Positions 1 to 11,980 of a DNA stretch of 64,000 nucleotides are shown here, one piece after another. The DNA comes from Eledone cirrhosa (Eukaryota). Position 1 is the first letter of the stretch, and each line of letters opens with the position of its first letter. Below the pieces are notes generated by a model that saw nothing but the letters and a program-made list of their open reading frames with translations, did no database searches and had not been told where the DNA came from. Both the position numbers and the translations under genes were made by a program. The stretch lies in the NCBI GenBank assembly GCA_964016885.1, contig OZ024750.1, positions 24,738,001 to 24,802,000 of the forward strand, read 5' to 3'.

Positions 1-490
1 AGACGATGTTTTGTGCGAAGTTTGGTGTAGTGCTGTAAGAGAGTTTGATGGTATTTTTGTTAATTATGTTGTGGTAGCGGTGTTGTAATGGGAAGTGTTT
101 TTCAATGAGCCTAAAGAATAGTTTCCCGATGGGAGTAGTCACCTCTGCGTTGTGGGGAGGATTGAACCATGTTACATTGCGTGAGCGGCGGTGTCTCCTG
201 CTGGTTCCGCTAATGGGATCTGGACAGTAGGATATTTCCTCCCGGAAACCACTCCGCTTGAGGGCCTGGTTGTAATAAGGCGCATGTTCATCGAATATCC
301 GCTCATTAGCTGACAAACGGGATATGCGGAGGGAGATGTTTTTGACCAGGTTGTTTGTGATGTTCCTAGGATGGTTTGATCGGCGGTGGATGTAGTGCAG
401 AATGTCATTAGGTTTCCTGTATGGGTAGTACAGGTCGTTTTCGAGGTCGAGGGTTACGTCCAGGAAGTTTACTCGGGTCAGGGACGTTTG
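1..490 (-). mobile_element. Inverted arm of the same PLE (fold-back 5' inversion), continuing beyond the window start
   Basis: 1-398 is the reverse complement of ~491-886. The minus strand of 399-490 encodes TSLTRVNFLDVTLDLENDLYYPYRKPNDILHYIH, the PLE RT motif immediately upstream of the plus-strand ORF. Confidence 0.9.
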
Positions 491-1399
491 CACTACATCC
501 ACCGCCGATCAAACCATCCTAGGAACATCACAAACAACCTGGTCAAAAACATCTCCCTCCGCATATCCCGTTTGTCAGCTAATGAGCGGATATTCGATGA
601 ACATGCGCCTTATTACAACCAGGCCCTCAAGCGGAGTGGTTTCCGGGAGGAAATATCCTACTGTCCAGATCCCATTAGCGGAACCAGCAGGAGACACCGC
701 CGCTCACGCAATGTAACATGGTTCAATCCTCCCCACAACGCAGAGGTGACTACTCCCATCGGGAAACTATTCTTTAGGCTCATTGAAAAACACTTCCCAT
801 TACAACACCGCTACCACAACATAATTAACAAAAATACCATCAAACTCTCTTACAGCACTACACCAAACTTCGCACAAAACATCGTCTCCTCTAACAACAA
901 AAAACTCAACCCCGATGGCAGAAATAACCTAAATAGCAGTGGAGAACCGACCAGGAGGTGTAACTGCCCGGATAGATCTATTTGCCCACTCGACAATAGA
1001 TGCAGAGACCGTAATGTGATCTACCAGTGCAACGTGAGGACGGATACCTCCAACAAAGCCTATATAGGACTTACCGCATGTGACTTCAAGACCCGGCTAT
1101 ACCAACATAGACATACCTTCCGAAACCCGGCCCGGCGTCACGCCACTACACTTTCGGGCCACATATGGGACCTCAAGGACAACAACATCACCTATGATCT
1201 CACTTGGAGATTACTGTCCAGAGCCAATTCTTACACGGGAGGACGCCGTCCGTGCAATTTATGCTCGGAGGAAACTTTACAAATGCTGTTTTCGACGGAC
1301 CAACTCCTAAACAAGAAAGATGAACTGGTTACTGCATGTAAACATAGATTGCGTAGGACTTACCTCGCCCTCAAACCCCATAATGACCCGGGGGGGTAG
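488..1399 (+). CDS. Penelope-like element (Naiad-type) polyprotein C-terminus: RT thumb, CxCx5Cx5C linker, GIY-YIG endonuclease; 5'-truncated
   Basis: Translation has YIHRRSNHP, WFNPP, IKLSYS, CNCPDRSICPLDNRC, VIYQC..YIGLT..DFKTRLYQH, TTLSGHIWDLK, CNLCSEE and LLNKKDE..CKH, ending at TAG 1397-1399. Residues of ORF 386-1399 before ~488 are antisense RT sequence from the inversion. Confidence 0.92.
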   Translation: MHYIHRRSNHPRNITNNLVKNISLRISRLSANERIFDEHAPYYNQALKRSGFREEISYCPDPISGTSRRHRRSRNVTWFNPPHNAEVTTPIGKLFFRLIEKHFPLQHRYHNIINKNTIKLSYSTTPNFAQNIVSSNNKKLNPDGRNNLNSSGEPTRRCNCPDRSICPLDNRCRDRNVIYQCNVRTDTSNKAYIGLTACDFKTRLYQHRHTFRNPARRHATTLSGHIWDLKDNNITYDLTWRLLSRANSYTGGRRPCNLCSEETLQMLFSTDQLLNKKDELVTACKHRLRRTYLALKPHNDPGG

Positions 1400-2603
1400 A
1401 CTAGGGCTATAACACCCCAGTTGCCGATTTTGCAATGGGTAACCCCTGCTTGCCAAGGAAGACGTAAGATCCTCTTTGTATTCTTTTATCGCATCCTTTA
1501 TTTCCTTCCCCCCTCTCTCCTTTGTCCTTCTACCCCAGCTCTTCTCCTTTGTCGGCGTCTTTTCTCGCCCACCCGAGGCTGCCCTTTGGCCCCATGTAGC
1601 CTTAGTACCCCCACTCCCCCCTCCCCTAGTCTTTGATAGATTTGGCGGACGCCGCCCTTTATAGCAGTTGGCTTAGACCCCGGATACTTGCCCCCCTTTT
1701 CCGACCGCTCCCACTATTCTCTGTGCCCTCTATATTTCTTAGTGGCACTTATGCCTTATTTTTTCGTTTCAGTATTTCTTGCTTCGCTTTTCTTCTGGGC
1801 GGGGTGGATTCTGAACTTATTTCTCCGTATTCTACCTTTATTTCGTACGAACTTTCATGTAGCTTGTTTTAGATCTTTTAGAGTTAGCATTAGTATATAT
1901 TTTTCTCGGGACTCAGAATTATTATGTCGTACAAGTTCACTTTGCTGCACTGGGTCGTTGCTGGCCCGGGATGGAAACCTTTATTGTTTATTTCGTGGTA
2001 GTCTCTTTAGTATTTTGGCCCCTTTTGTTGACCAGTCACCGTATCATTTACGTACTTATACCTCTTAAAAGGGTCCTTGCCTAATTCGTCCCACCTAGTT
2101 CTTTTACGTATTTCCTTATTTATTTATTTATTTATTTATTTACTTCTTTCTTTCTTTCTTTATTTTATTCTCGCCTAACAATAGCCTGACACCTAGGTCG
2201 TAGAATTTAATTTTTTCTTTACACTTATTTGCTTTTCTTCACTCTCAGTATTTTTTCTTTCCTATTTCTACCCCCCATTGTTCTACCTACCGTTCCGACT
2301 TCCTCCCCCTCCCCCTCCCCTGTATCTTCTTTGACCTCATGCCCAGCTGTAGCTGGCACTACCAACGCTTGATTGGGTCTACTCCACCCCCTCCCCTCTT
2401 TCTCCTACTGGCAGGTTTAGCCACCATCTCCCCTACTAATTTGCAACCACAGAATTACTACTGATTTTTGACAATCACTTTGACCATATATGGAATTACC
2501 CCTTGAGAAGATCGGCTATTTAAATACCAGGATAAATGTTCATTTAGTCCAGAATTAGCCGTCGAAACGGCTTGAGCTCAGCTGTCGGGGTCTTACTGGT
2601 TCC

Positions 2604-2636
<33 letters not shown>

Positions 2637-2832
2637 GAACGAGTAGGACCCCGACGGCTGAGCTCAAGCTGTTTCGAACGGCTAGTTCTGGACTGCCGAA
2701 CTAGCCGTCGAAACGGCTTGAGCTCAGCCGTCGGGGTCCTACTCGTTCCTATTACCCACTCTACTACCCTAAGTATTGAGTACTTTGGTGCGTTATGGTC
2801 CACCTGGTTCCTTACCACATTTCCTTCGTTAT
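1400..2832 (+). mobile_element. PLE 3' UTR / pseudo-LTR with terminal duplicated and inverted tail pieces in (TA)n
   Basis: Pyrimidine-rich ~1.2 kb directly after the GIY-YIG stop, ending in an HHR and (TA)n at ~2604; followed by an inverted (2633-2695) and a direct (2701-2832) copy of the tail. Confidence 0.75.
2498..2591 (+). ncRNA. Type I hammerhead ribozyme, U3-A8 core variant
   Basis: Stem I ACCCC/GGGGT; core TTGAGAA (2503-2509); stem II GATCGGCTA/TAGCCGTC; GAAA (2564-2567); stem III ACGGCT/AGCTGT; cleavage triplet GTC (2584-2586). Confidence 0.8.
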
Positions 2833-2836
2833 ATAT

Positions 2837-2945
2837 AGTTCAAATCCGGCCGAGGTTGACTTTGCCTTTCATCCTTACGGGGTCGATAAAATAAAGTACC
2901 AGTAATGCACTGGGTAATTGCTGGCCTTGTGCCTAAAGTAGAAAC

Positions 2946-2950
<5 letters not shown>
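2837..2950 (+). mobile_element. tRNA-derived SINE family A, 5'-truncated
   Basis: agttcaaatcc B-box, then gcctttcatccttacggggtcgataaaataaagtaccag and tail ccttgtgcctaaagtagaaacaatt. Confidence 0.85.
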
Positions 2951-3011
<61 letters not shown>

Positions 3012-3179
3012 ATGTGTTTATGTTTATGTGTGTGTATATGTATGTATGTGTATATATAAGAGAGAGACTGGGAGAGACATGTATATATAATTTCCTAACT
3101 TTCGGGATAACACTATCAGTAATATATTGATCCGTTCTTTTACACAGATGCCATCATTGTCTCCATCATACTTCCGCCT

Positions 3180-3280
3180 CTCTCCCTCTTATCCCCCTCC
3201 CCTTCACTCTCACATACCCCTCTCCCTCTCTCTCAACCTCTCCCTCACTCTCACATACCCCTCTCCCTCTCCCCACTTTC

Positions 3281-3327
<47 letters not shown>

Positions 3328-4970
3328 GTCTATCTATCTGTCTATCATCTCTCTCTCTCTCACCCCCTCTCTCTATCTGCCTATCTCTATCTCTCTATCT
3401 ATCTCTATATCTCTCTCACCCTCACTCCCTCTCTCTCACCCTCTCTCTCTCTCTCTGCCTATCTCTATCTCTATATCTCTCTATCTATCTATCTCTCACC
3501 GTCTCTCCCTCTCTCTCACCCCCTCTATCTCTCTCTCTGCCTATCTCTATCTCTATATCTCTCTATCTCTCTATCTATCTATCTCTCACCCTCTCTCCTT
3601 CTCTCTCACCCCCCTCTCTATCTGCCTATCTCTATCTCTCTATCTCTCTCTCTCTCTCTCTCACCCTCTCTCCCTCTCTCTCACCACCACCCTCTCTATC
3701 TATCTCTCGCTCTATCTATCTCTCTCATCTCTCTCTCTCACCATTGTTCCCGTTCCTAGCTGTAGGGTTTCAACATCACACGTTTGTTTGTCGACTTTAA
3801 CATCTTCAGTTAAGACTGAAGATTTCACATCTGTCTTGTCTGTGTGTGTGTGCGTGTATGTGTGTGTCTCTGTGTGTGTGTGCGTGTATGTGTGTGTCTC
3901 CGTGTGTGTGTGCGTGTATGTGTGTGTCTCTGTGTGTGTGTGCGTGTATGTGTGTGTCTCTGTGTGTGTGTGCGTGTATGTGTGTGTCTCTGTGTGTGTG
4001 TGCGTGTATGTGTGTGGCTCTGTGTGTGTGTGCGTGTATGTGTGTGTCTCTGTGTGTGTGTGCGTGTATGTGTGTGTCTCTGTGTGTGTGTGCGTGTATG
4101 TGTGTGGCTCTGTGTGTGTGTGCGTGTATGTGTGTGTCTCTGTGTGTGTGTGCGTGTATGTGTGTGGCTCTGTGTGTGTGTGCGTGTATGTGTGTGTCTC
4201 TGTGTGTGTGTGCGTGTATGTGTGTGTGTCAGTGTGTGTCTCTGTGTGTGTGTGTATGTGTGTGTCTCTGTGTGTGTGTGTGCGTGTATGTGTGTGTCTC
4301 TGTGTGTGTGTCAGTGTGTGTCTCTGTCAGTGTGTGTATGTATGTCTGTGTTTGTATGTGTATGTATGTGTGTGTGTGTGCCAGTATCTGTCTATGTGTC
4401 AGTATCTGTCTGTCAGTGTGCCGTGTTGTGTGTCAGTGTGTGTGCATGTGTGTATGTGTGTGTGTATGTATGTATGTATGTGTGTTTGCATGTATGTATG
4501 TGTGTGTGCATGTATGTATGTGTGTGTGTATGTATGTATGTGCATGTATGTATGTATGTGTGTGTGTGTATGTGTGTGTGCATGTATGTGTGTGTGCATG
4601 TATGTATGTATGTGTGTGTGTATGTGTGTGTGCATGTATGTATGTGCATGTATGTATGTATGTATATGTGTATGTATGTGTGCATGTATGTATGTATGTG
4701 CATGTATGTATGTATGTATGTATGTATGTATGTATGTGTGTATTTGTGTGTGTGTATGTATGTATGTGTGTGTGCATGTATGCATGTGTGTGCGCATGTA
4801 TGTGTGTGTGCATGTATCTATGTGTGTGTGCATGTATGTATGTATGTGCATGTATGTATGTATATGTGTGTGTATGTATGTGTGTGTGCATGTATGTATG
4901 TGTGTGTGCATGTATGTATGTATATGTGTGTGCATGTATGTGTGTGTGCATGTATGTATGTGTGAATGTG
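3180..4970. repeat. Compound microsatellites: (CT/CTAT)n, then (GT/GTAT)n including a 30-bp unit at 3840-4230
   Basis: Direct inspection; source of the spurious VC/HT-rich ORFs. Confidence 0.95.
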
Positions 4971-5370
4971 TCAGAGTCTGCTATCTACATTAGGTTTTAA
5001 GAATACATTAAAAATACCCCCCAATACATGATATAGAATGTCGTTAGTGTGTGTGATTGTGTTTAAAAATAACTATACTGTATAATGAAATCCATGCTTT
5101 GTATGTATGTATGTGTGTATGTATGTACGTTTGAGTATGTATGTGTGTTGTATGTACGTTTGAGTATGTATGTATGTATGTGTGTATGTATGTATGTGTG
5201 TTCTTCTTTTTGGTAAATATCATCTTGGTTAAGAGAGTGGGACTGGCTTTGTGCAGTGCCTTTGCTCACTATAAAAGCTTCACGGCACAGGCATTGCTTT
5301 ATATCTGGAGATCTCTCTGCACTTGTCGTCACATGGTACCATGGGCCCAGCACTATGTGTCAATAATTGT

Positions 5371-5510
5371 CACAAGTGTAGTGTTTGTACCAGAGTTTTC
5401 AAGTCGCTGGCTGGACTAAAAAGTCACACTCGTTCAGCGCATCGGTAGGGGTTCTCCTACATGGATATAAAGTAGTGGCCGTACTCGAAAACGAGTTGGC
5501 AGCCACCATG
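5371..5510 (+). pseudogene. RTE-type LINE 3' end with C-terminal C2H2 finger
   Basis: HKCSVCTRVFKSLAGLKSHTRSAHR* (5371-5448), a short 3' UTR hairpin actcg-aaaa-cgagt, then a microsatellite tail. Confidence 0.7.
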
Positions 5511-5534
5511 AATGTATGTATGTATGTATGTATG

Positions 5535-6005
5535 TTCTCTGTTTTATAATTTCACAAAGTTTTACCAATAGAGAGAGAGTCGGTTTCTAACATAGACACA
5601 AGACTCTCCTCTCATTGGAATTTACACAACATCAACTAGGTAGATATGTATGTATGCATGCATGTGTAGATATGGATGTTATTGTATGTGTGGATGTGGA
5701 TGTTTTGAGTTGTATATGTGCATGTGTATATGCTTTGTATCTGTACATGTGTATATGCAGTTATTAGATGCAAAATTTTTGGAATGTTTTACATATTTTT
5801 ACTGTTCCATTAATGGATTGTACTTGTAATTTCCTAACTAGTTGTGTTCTTTCTGTTCCTGTGAAGCCTAGCTTCTCAAGATTTGTATTGAGGCAGTTAC
5901 TAACATACCCCAGTGTCCCAATAATCACAGGCATAAATATGAAGGTGTAATCAGGGTGGTGTATCTGCAGATTTCTCATCAGTTCTGCATAAATATTCTC
6001 CTTTT
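5535..6005 (-). pseudogene. R4/Dong-like RLE LINE 3' end with 3' UTR and (CATA)n tail
   Basis: KENIYAELMRNLQIHHPDYTFIFMPVIIGTLG..LEKLG..LQVQSINGTVKICKTF* matches the end of the restriction-like endonuclease domain. Confidence 0.8.
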
Positions 6006-6289
6006 CTATGTATGTATGTGTGTGTGTATGTATGTACGTGTATGTATGTGCGCATGTATGTGTGTGTGTGTATGTAAGCGTGTGTGTATCTATGCGTGTG
6101 TGTGTTTATGTGTGTATGTATATGTGTGTATATGTGCGGATGTATGTGTATGCATATGTATGTGTGTGTATGTGAGTCTGTGTATGTATGTGTGTATATA
6201 CACATCAGATAGTTGATATGGGTAATTGTTAATTAATCTACAAACAAGCAGACATTTATAGAAAACGTGTGTATACGATGTGTGTGTGT

Positions 6290-6780
6290 GTGTGAGTGTG
6301 AGACTTGATCTATAGTGTGTGTGTATGTGTGTGTGTGTGTGAGACTTGATCTATACAGTGTGTGTGTGTGAGACTTGATCTATAGTGTGTGTGTGTGAAA
6401 CTTGATATATACAGTGTGTGTGTGTGTGTGTGTGTGTGTGAGCTTTGATCTATACAGTGTGTGTGTGAGCCTTGATCTATAGTGTGTGTGTGTGAGAGAC
6501 TTGATATATACAGTGTGTGAGCCTTGATCTATAGTGCGTGTGTGTGTGAGACTTGATTTATAGTGTGCGTGTGTGTGTGTGAGACTTGATATATATAGTG
6601 TGTATGTGTATGTGTGTGTGTGTGAGAGAGAGAGACTTGATCTATACTGTGTGTGTGTGTGTGTGAGCCTTGATCTATACAGTGTGTGTGTGAGCCTTGA
6701 TCTATAGTGTGCGTGTGAGCCTTGATCTATAGTGTGTGTGTGTGTGTGTGTGTTTATGTGTGTGTGACTAAATCTATAGA
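6290..6780. repeat. gagacttgatctata motif interleaved with (GT)n
   Basis: About 15 copies separated by variable GT tracts. Confidence 0.9.
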
Positions 6781-6974
6781 AAATCAGTTACTTAGATGCA
6801 GTTGATCTGCTGATTAGCAACAACACATTATTGGTGGTGAAATAATTAATTATGTGGGTGGCTAATAAGGCTTACTAATTAACGAAGGAGTTAATTACAC
6901 CGCTGTTGATAGTTGTAACAATACAAGATGGAAGTTAGTGGAATGTAATGGAAGTTATTTATTATTGTTGTAAG

Positions 6975-7230
6975 GGACCTCCGTCAGTTCCAGCTGCTTG
7001 AACAACGGGATAGCTTGCTACCCACAGACGCGTGTACCTTTAATATAGTTCTCAGGGAGACAGTGTGTAACAAAGCTGGACCTTTGAACTAGAAGAACAA
7101 CTCGTGTTTTCCAGCTTGGTGTACTTGAGCAACATGAAATAAAGTGTCTTCCGCAAGGACACAATGCCCGCCCAGAAACGAACAGACGACATTACGATCG
7201 AGTGCCAAACACCCTAAGCATGCGCCTTTA
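6975..7230 (-). mobile_element. tRNA-derived SINE family B (further copies ~7325-7700, ~22405-22720)
   Basis: Shared gtacccttaacgtagttctcagggag body and gagcaac..gaaataaagtgtctt..caaggacaca head. Confidence 0.75.
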
Positions 7231-7431
7231 CTGGAGTTTAATAGAGTTTATAAGGAGTGTGTTGACTGACAGAGGGTCTTTCATTTAATAAACCAAGGTA
7301 ATTGAATGATTGACATATGAAGTAAATGGTATTCCGTCGGTTTCAAGGATTCCAACTGTTCGCCCAACTGGAGCGAACTATTCATTAAATTAACACGCAA
7401 ATGGCTGAGTATTCCATACCTTTACCCTTAA

Positions 7432-7639
7432 CTCTTTAGCATTTTAACCAGTCATATGCGGCCAGAATTCTCTCACCCTTTTCTGTTGAAACCGGCCGTA
7501 ATTGGCCACTCATACTGACGTTATGGTATTGTTCTCAATATAAATAACATCAAAATTTCATAGATTCAATATTATGTGAGATAAAACCTTTACCATGGAA
7601 ATACAATAGTATATATGGTCTAATGTAAATGCTAAAGTG
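7432..7639. mobile_element. piggyBac-type MITE inserted at a TTAA within a SINE
   Basis: ttaa|ctctttagcattt...aaatgctaaagtg|tta; interrupts the SINE sequence cccttaa-cgtagttctc. Confidence 0.75.
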
Positions 7640-7886
7640 TTAGTATAGTTCTCGGGGTGATTCAGCATGATACTGTGGGTGACAAGGATTGATTGACCTT
7701 TCAATTAGAGGTAAAGTCCATCCTAGTCAGTTTGACCCACAAGGTTTGGGTTGACCCGAGGCTATGGTAAAAGACATTTCCACCAGATGCCCTGCTGTGG
7801 GGCCATACGCATACATGCATACACACACAGACATACGCACATACATACACACATGCACACACATATACATACATACACACACGAAT

Positions 7887-7945
<59 letters not shown>

Positions 7946-8040
7946 TGCGCAAATTTCATGAAGCGAAACTCTTAACCCTTTGACCCCACTGCATCCATGG
8001 CTGATTGACCAACACTTTTGTTTTTTTATTATGTAGAAAA

Positions 8041-8258
8041 GGGCCGGTGGCTTGTTGGCAGAATCGGTAGAGCGTCAGACACCCGTGGCATAGAGTTACG
8101 GCCCCTTACGTTCTGGTTTAAAATCCCGTCGAGGTTAGCTTTGCCTTTCATCCTTACGGAGTCGATAAAATAAAGTACCAGTAATGCACTGGGATCGATT
8201 TAATCGACTTTCGCCTCTCCTTTAAATTGCTGGCCTTGTGCCTAAAGTAGAAATTATT
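8041..8258 (+). mobile_element. SINE family A, full-length
   Basis: A/B-box head plus the conserved cctttcatccttacgg.gtcgataaaataaagtaccag domain (resembles the MetaSINE central domain) and tail. Confidence 0.85.
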
Positions 8259-9302
8259 ATCAATTTAATTAGCGACTCATTAACCATTACTTCAGCAAAT
8301 ACAGCAAACCATCTGCTTCGCTGGTGAGATCAACATCAGAAAATGAAAGCAATATTAGTCATTGTGTAAGTGTGTGTGTGTGTGTTTCTGTGTGTATGTG
8401 TGTGTGTTTGTGTGCGTTTATGTATGTGTGTGCATGCGTGTATATGTGTGTGTATATATATATGTGTTTGTGTGTGTATGTGTGTGTATATATATGTGTG
8501 TGTATGTCTGTGTGTTTGTGTGTATGTGTGTGTGTTTGTGTGCGTTTATGTATGTGTGTGCATGCGTGTATATGTGTGTGTGTATATATATGTGTTTGTG
8601 TGTGTATGTGTGTGTATGTGTGTGTGTTTGTGTGTATGCGTGTGTGTATGGGTGCGTGTTTGTGTGTGTGTGTGTGTATGTGTGTGTGTGTATATATATA
8701 TGTATGTGTGTTCGTGTGTGTATGTGCGTGTATATATATGTGTATGTGCGTGTATATATATGTGTATGTGTGCGTGTTTGTGTATGTATGTGTGTGTGTA
8801 TGTGTGCGTGTTTGTGTATGTATGTGTGTATGTGTGTGTGTGTGTATGGATGTGTATGTATGGGTGTGTTTGTTTGTGTGTGTGTGCGTGTGTGTTTGTG
8901 TATGTGTAATTATTTCTAGTTAGACTATTTTAATACTCCCTGCATTGAATATGATAACAGTAAATGAACTGCTAATAGTTTTAGTGAAGCTAGCAAGGGA
9001 GTAATTTAATCAATTAATTGGGAAAAATTAACTGACAACAAAGCAACATAAACGTCTTGCTCATCTAACCCCAGTGAGATTATCTACAGAGATTTACTTC
9101 ATAACTGCCAAACACTGGTGAAACACTGTAGAAAGCTGTCATGATGACCATCATAGTTGTCGTTGCTGTTGTTGTGTAACCCCTCAGAGCAGACCTATAG
9201 CAGAAAAGAAACCGGTCAAAATGACCCGCTGATTCATAGCTCCACTCTTTATTTGTAGATTCTTGTGATAGCCACAGCAGATGAAAACTTGATTCTAATA
9301 TG

Positions 9303-9518
9303 GTTTCTTATATAGGCATAAGGCCATCAATTTTGGGGGAGGGGAAAGTCGATTAAATCGACCCTAGTGTATTACTGGTACTTTATTCTATCGACCCCGT
9401 AAGGATGAAAGGCAAAGTAAACCTCGGCGGGATTTGAGCTCAGATCATAAAATGTCGTAACTCTATGCTGCAAAGCATAGCGACCAACCCTCTATCGATA
9501 CTGCCAACCCACCACCCT
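9303..9518 (-). mobile_element. SINE family A with target-site duplication
   Basis: Flanked by acttgattct(a/g)atat at ~9287 and ~9521. Confidence 0.85.
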
Positions 9519-9916
9519 AGACTTGATTCTGATATGAACATGATTTGACATTATATACAGGACTGGGTTATCCAGTATATTTGACTATTTTAAAGATTAG
9601 GATCCGACTGATTCAATATAGTTGTTTAGCCCAGAGATTCTTTTACACCAAGGCAACTTTGGTACACATTACTGTCAGAAACTCCTGTCTCACCTCCTCC
9701 ATATGATGTTGTGCATTTGGCACCACTTATATTTGGTACCAATTTGTTTACACTTTGTAGTTGATCATTGCTGTTTTTATGTCAAAGGGAAAGATAACAA
9801 TTTTTTAGATGTTGAGGTGGGGCATGGTGCACAAAAGGTTGGGAACCACTGGTCTACAAGAAGACCTCATAGAAACGACCGTTTTGTTCATCTGTCAATC
9901 ATTAATGTATCATTAT

Positions 9917-10060
9917 TGGAATGGCTCTTCCAGTGCATCTCCCTTACCATCATCCGGGGAAATGCCTTCTCCATTCTGTCCGCCGGGGCTGTGGGGCGGC
10001 CAACACGTGGGACCCCATTTGCTCACTATACAGAGAGATGGGGAGGGCGTTGGGAGTTCG
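9917..10060 (+). pseudogene. CRE-like RLE LINE 3' fragment
   Basis: EWLFQCISLTIIRGNAFSILSAG; homologous to 16975-17225. Confidence 0.75.
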
Positions 10061-10189
10061 GCTCTTCCGTGTCAAGAGTGTATTTTCATACTTGTGACGA
10101 ACATTAATACCAATTTTCTTCCAGACATGGTACCAAATTCTTTAGAAATCCATTTTCTTTTATGCACCTTTTTTATATTTTAAATTTAT

Positions 10190-11268
10190 ACACGGTAGTG
10201 ACTTACAGTCGCAGACGACAACGACCACTACTGCCACCACACGGCAGTGACTTACACTCGCAGACGACAACGACCACTACTGCCACCACACGGCAGTGAC
10301 TTACACTCGCAGACGACAACGACCACTACTGCCACCACACGGCAGTGACTTACACTCGCAGACGACAACGACCACTACTGCCACCACACGGCAGTGACTT
10401 ACAGTCGCAGACGACAACGACCACTACTGCCACCACACGGCAGTGACTTACACTCGCAGACGACAACGACCACTACTGCCACCACACGGCAGTGACTTAC
10501 AGTCGCAGACGACAACGACCACTACTGCCACCACACGGCAGTGACTTACACTCGCAGACGACAACGACCACTACTGCCACCACACAGCAGTGACTTACAC
10601 TCGCAGACGACAACGACCACTACTGCCACCACACGGCAGTGACTTACACTCGCAGACGACAACGACCACTACTGCCACCACACGGCAGTGACTTACACTC
10701 GCAGACGACAACGACCACTACTGCCACCACACGGCAGTGACTTACAGTCGCAGACGACAACGACCACTACTGCCACCACACGGCAGTGACTTACACTCGC
10801 AGACGACAACGACCAATACTGCCACCACACGGCAGTGACTTACACTCGCAGACGACAACGACCACTACTGCCACCACACGGCAGTGACTTACAGTCGCAG
10901 ACGACAACGACCAATACTGCCACCACACGGCAGTGACTTACACTCGCAGACGACAACGACCACTACTGCCACCACACGGCAGTGACTTACACTCGCAGAC
11001 GACAACGACCACTACTGCCACCACACGGCAGTGACTTACAGTCGCAGACGACAACGACCACTACTGCCACCACACGGCAGTGACTTACACTCGCAGACGA
11101 CAACGACTACTACTGCCACCACACGGCAGTGACTAACACTCGCAGACGACAACGACCACTACTGCCACCACACGGCAGTGACTTACACTCGCAGACGACA
11201 ACGACCACTACTGCCACCACACGGCAGTGACTTACACTCGCAGACGACAACGACCACTACTGCCACCA
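10190..11268. repeat. 49-bp minisatellite, ~22 copies
   Basis: Unit acacggcagtgacttacactcgcagacgacaacgaccactactgccacc, with no unique spacers. Confidence 0.97.
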
Positions 11269-11295
11269 CCACTATGACTATGATAGTAGTATTAT

Positions 11296-11980
11296 AATTG
11301 TTTCTACTTTTGGCACAAGGCCAGCAATTATTCCAGTGCATTACTGGTACTTTATTTTATCGACCCCGTAAGGATGAAAGGCAAAGTTAACCTCGGCGGG
11401 ATTTGAACTCAGATCATAGGTAACTCTATGCTTCAAAGCATGGCGTCCGACCCTTACCGATACTGCCAATCCACCGCCCTAGTAGTATTATAATAGTTAA
11501 CGTTAACAAAAGTAACTTATATAGTAAGTAGTGTTACAAGAAAGCATTATTGTAGGGTAGTAGGGCGGTAGATTGGCAGTATCGGTAGAGGGTCGGACGC
11601 CATGCTTTCCAGCATAGTTACGTCCCTTTACGATCTGAGTTCAAATCCCGCCGAGGTTGACTTTGCCTTTCATCCTTACGGGGTCGATAAAATAAAAGTA
11701 CCAGTAATGCACTGGATAATTGCTGGCCTTGTGCCTAAAGTAGAAACAATTATTGTAGGGTGGTATGGCGGTAGATTGGCAGTATCGGTAGAGGACCGAA
11801 CGCCATGCTTTGCAGCATAGAGTTACGGCCCTTTATGTTCTGAGTTCAAATCCCACCGAGGTTAACTTTGCCTTTCATTCTTTCGGGGTCGATAAAATTA
11901 AGTACCAGTAATGCACTCGGGTCAATTTAATCGACTTTCCCCTGCCCAAAAATTACTGGCCTTGTGCCTATAGTAGAAAT
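11296..11980. mobile_element. Cluster of three SINE family A copies (11296-11479 minus with TSD tagtagtattataat; 11563-11751 plus; 11767-11980 plus)
   Basis: Near-identical family A sequences. Confidence 0.88.

Noticed and set aside
488-2500. Selenoprotein-type Naiad (UGA-Sec codons plus SECIS), as reported for some Naiads
   Set aside because: The visible ORF has no in-frame TGA, its conserved cysteines use TGT/TGC, and I could not identify a SECIS by eye.
5965-5990. CTGATGA-GAAA on the minus strand as a hammerhead
   Set aside because: No stem II, and it lies inside RLE coding sequence (ELMRN).
9630-9851. hAT/Charlie-type MITE (right end aaaggttgggaaccactg; similar remnant at ~53225-53555)
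   Set aside because: Only one convincing terminal inverted repeat and no clear 8-bp TSD.
10190-11268. CRISPR array
   Set aside because: Head-to-tail near-identical units with no unique spacers, in a eukaryotic context. The same applies to all other arrays.
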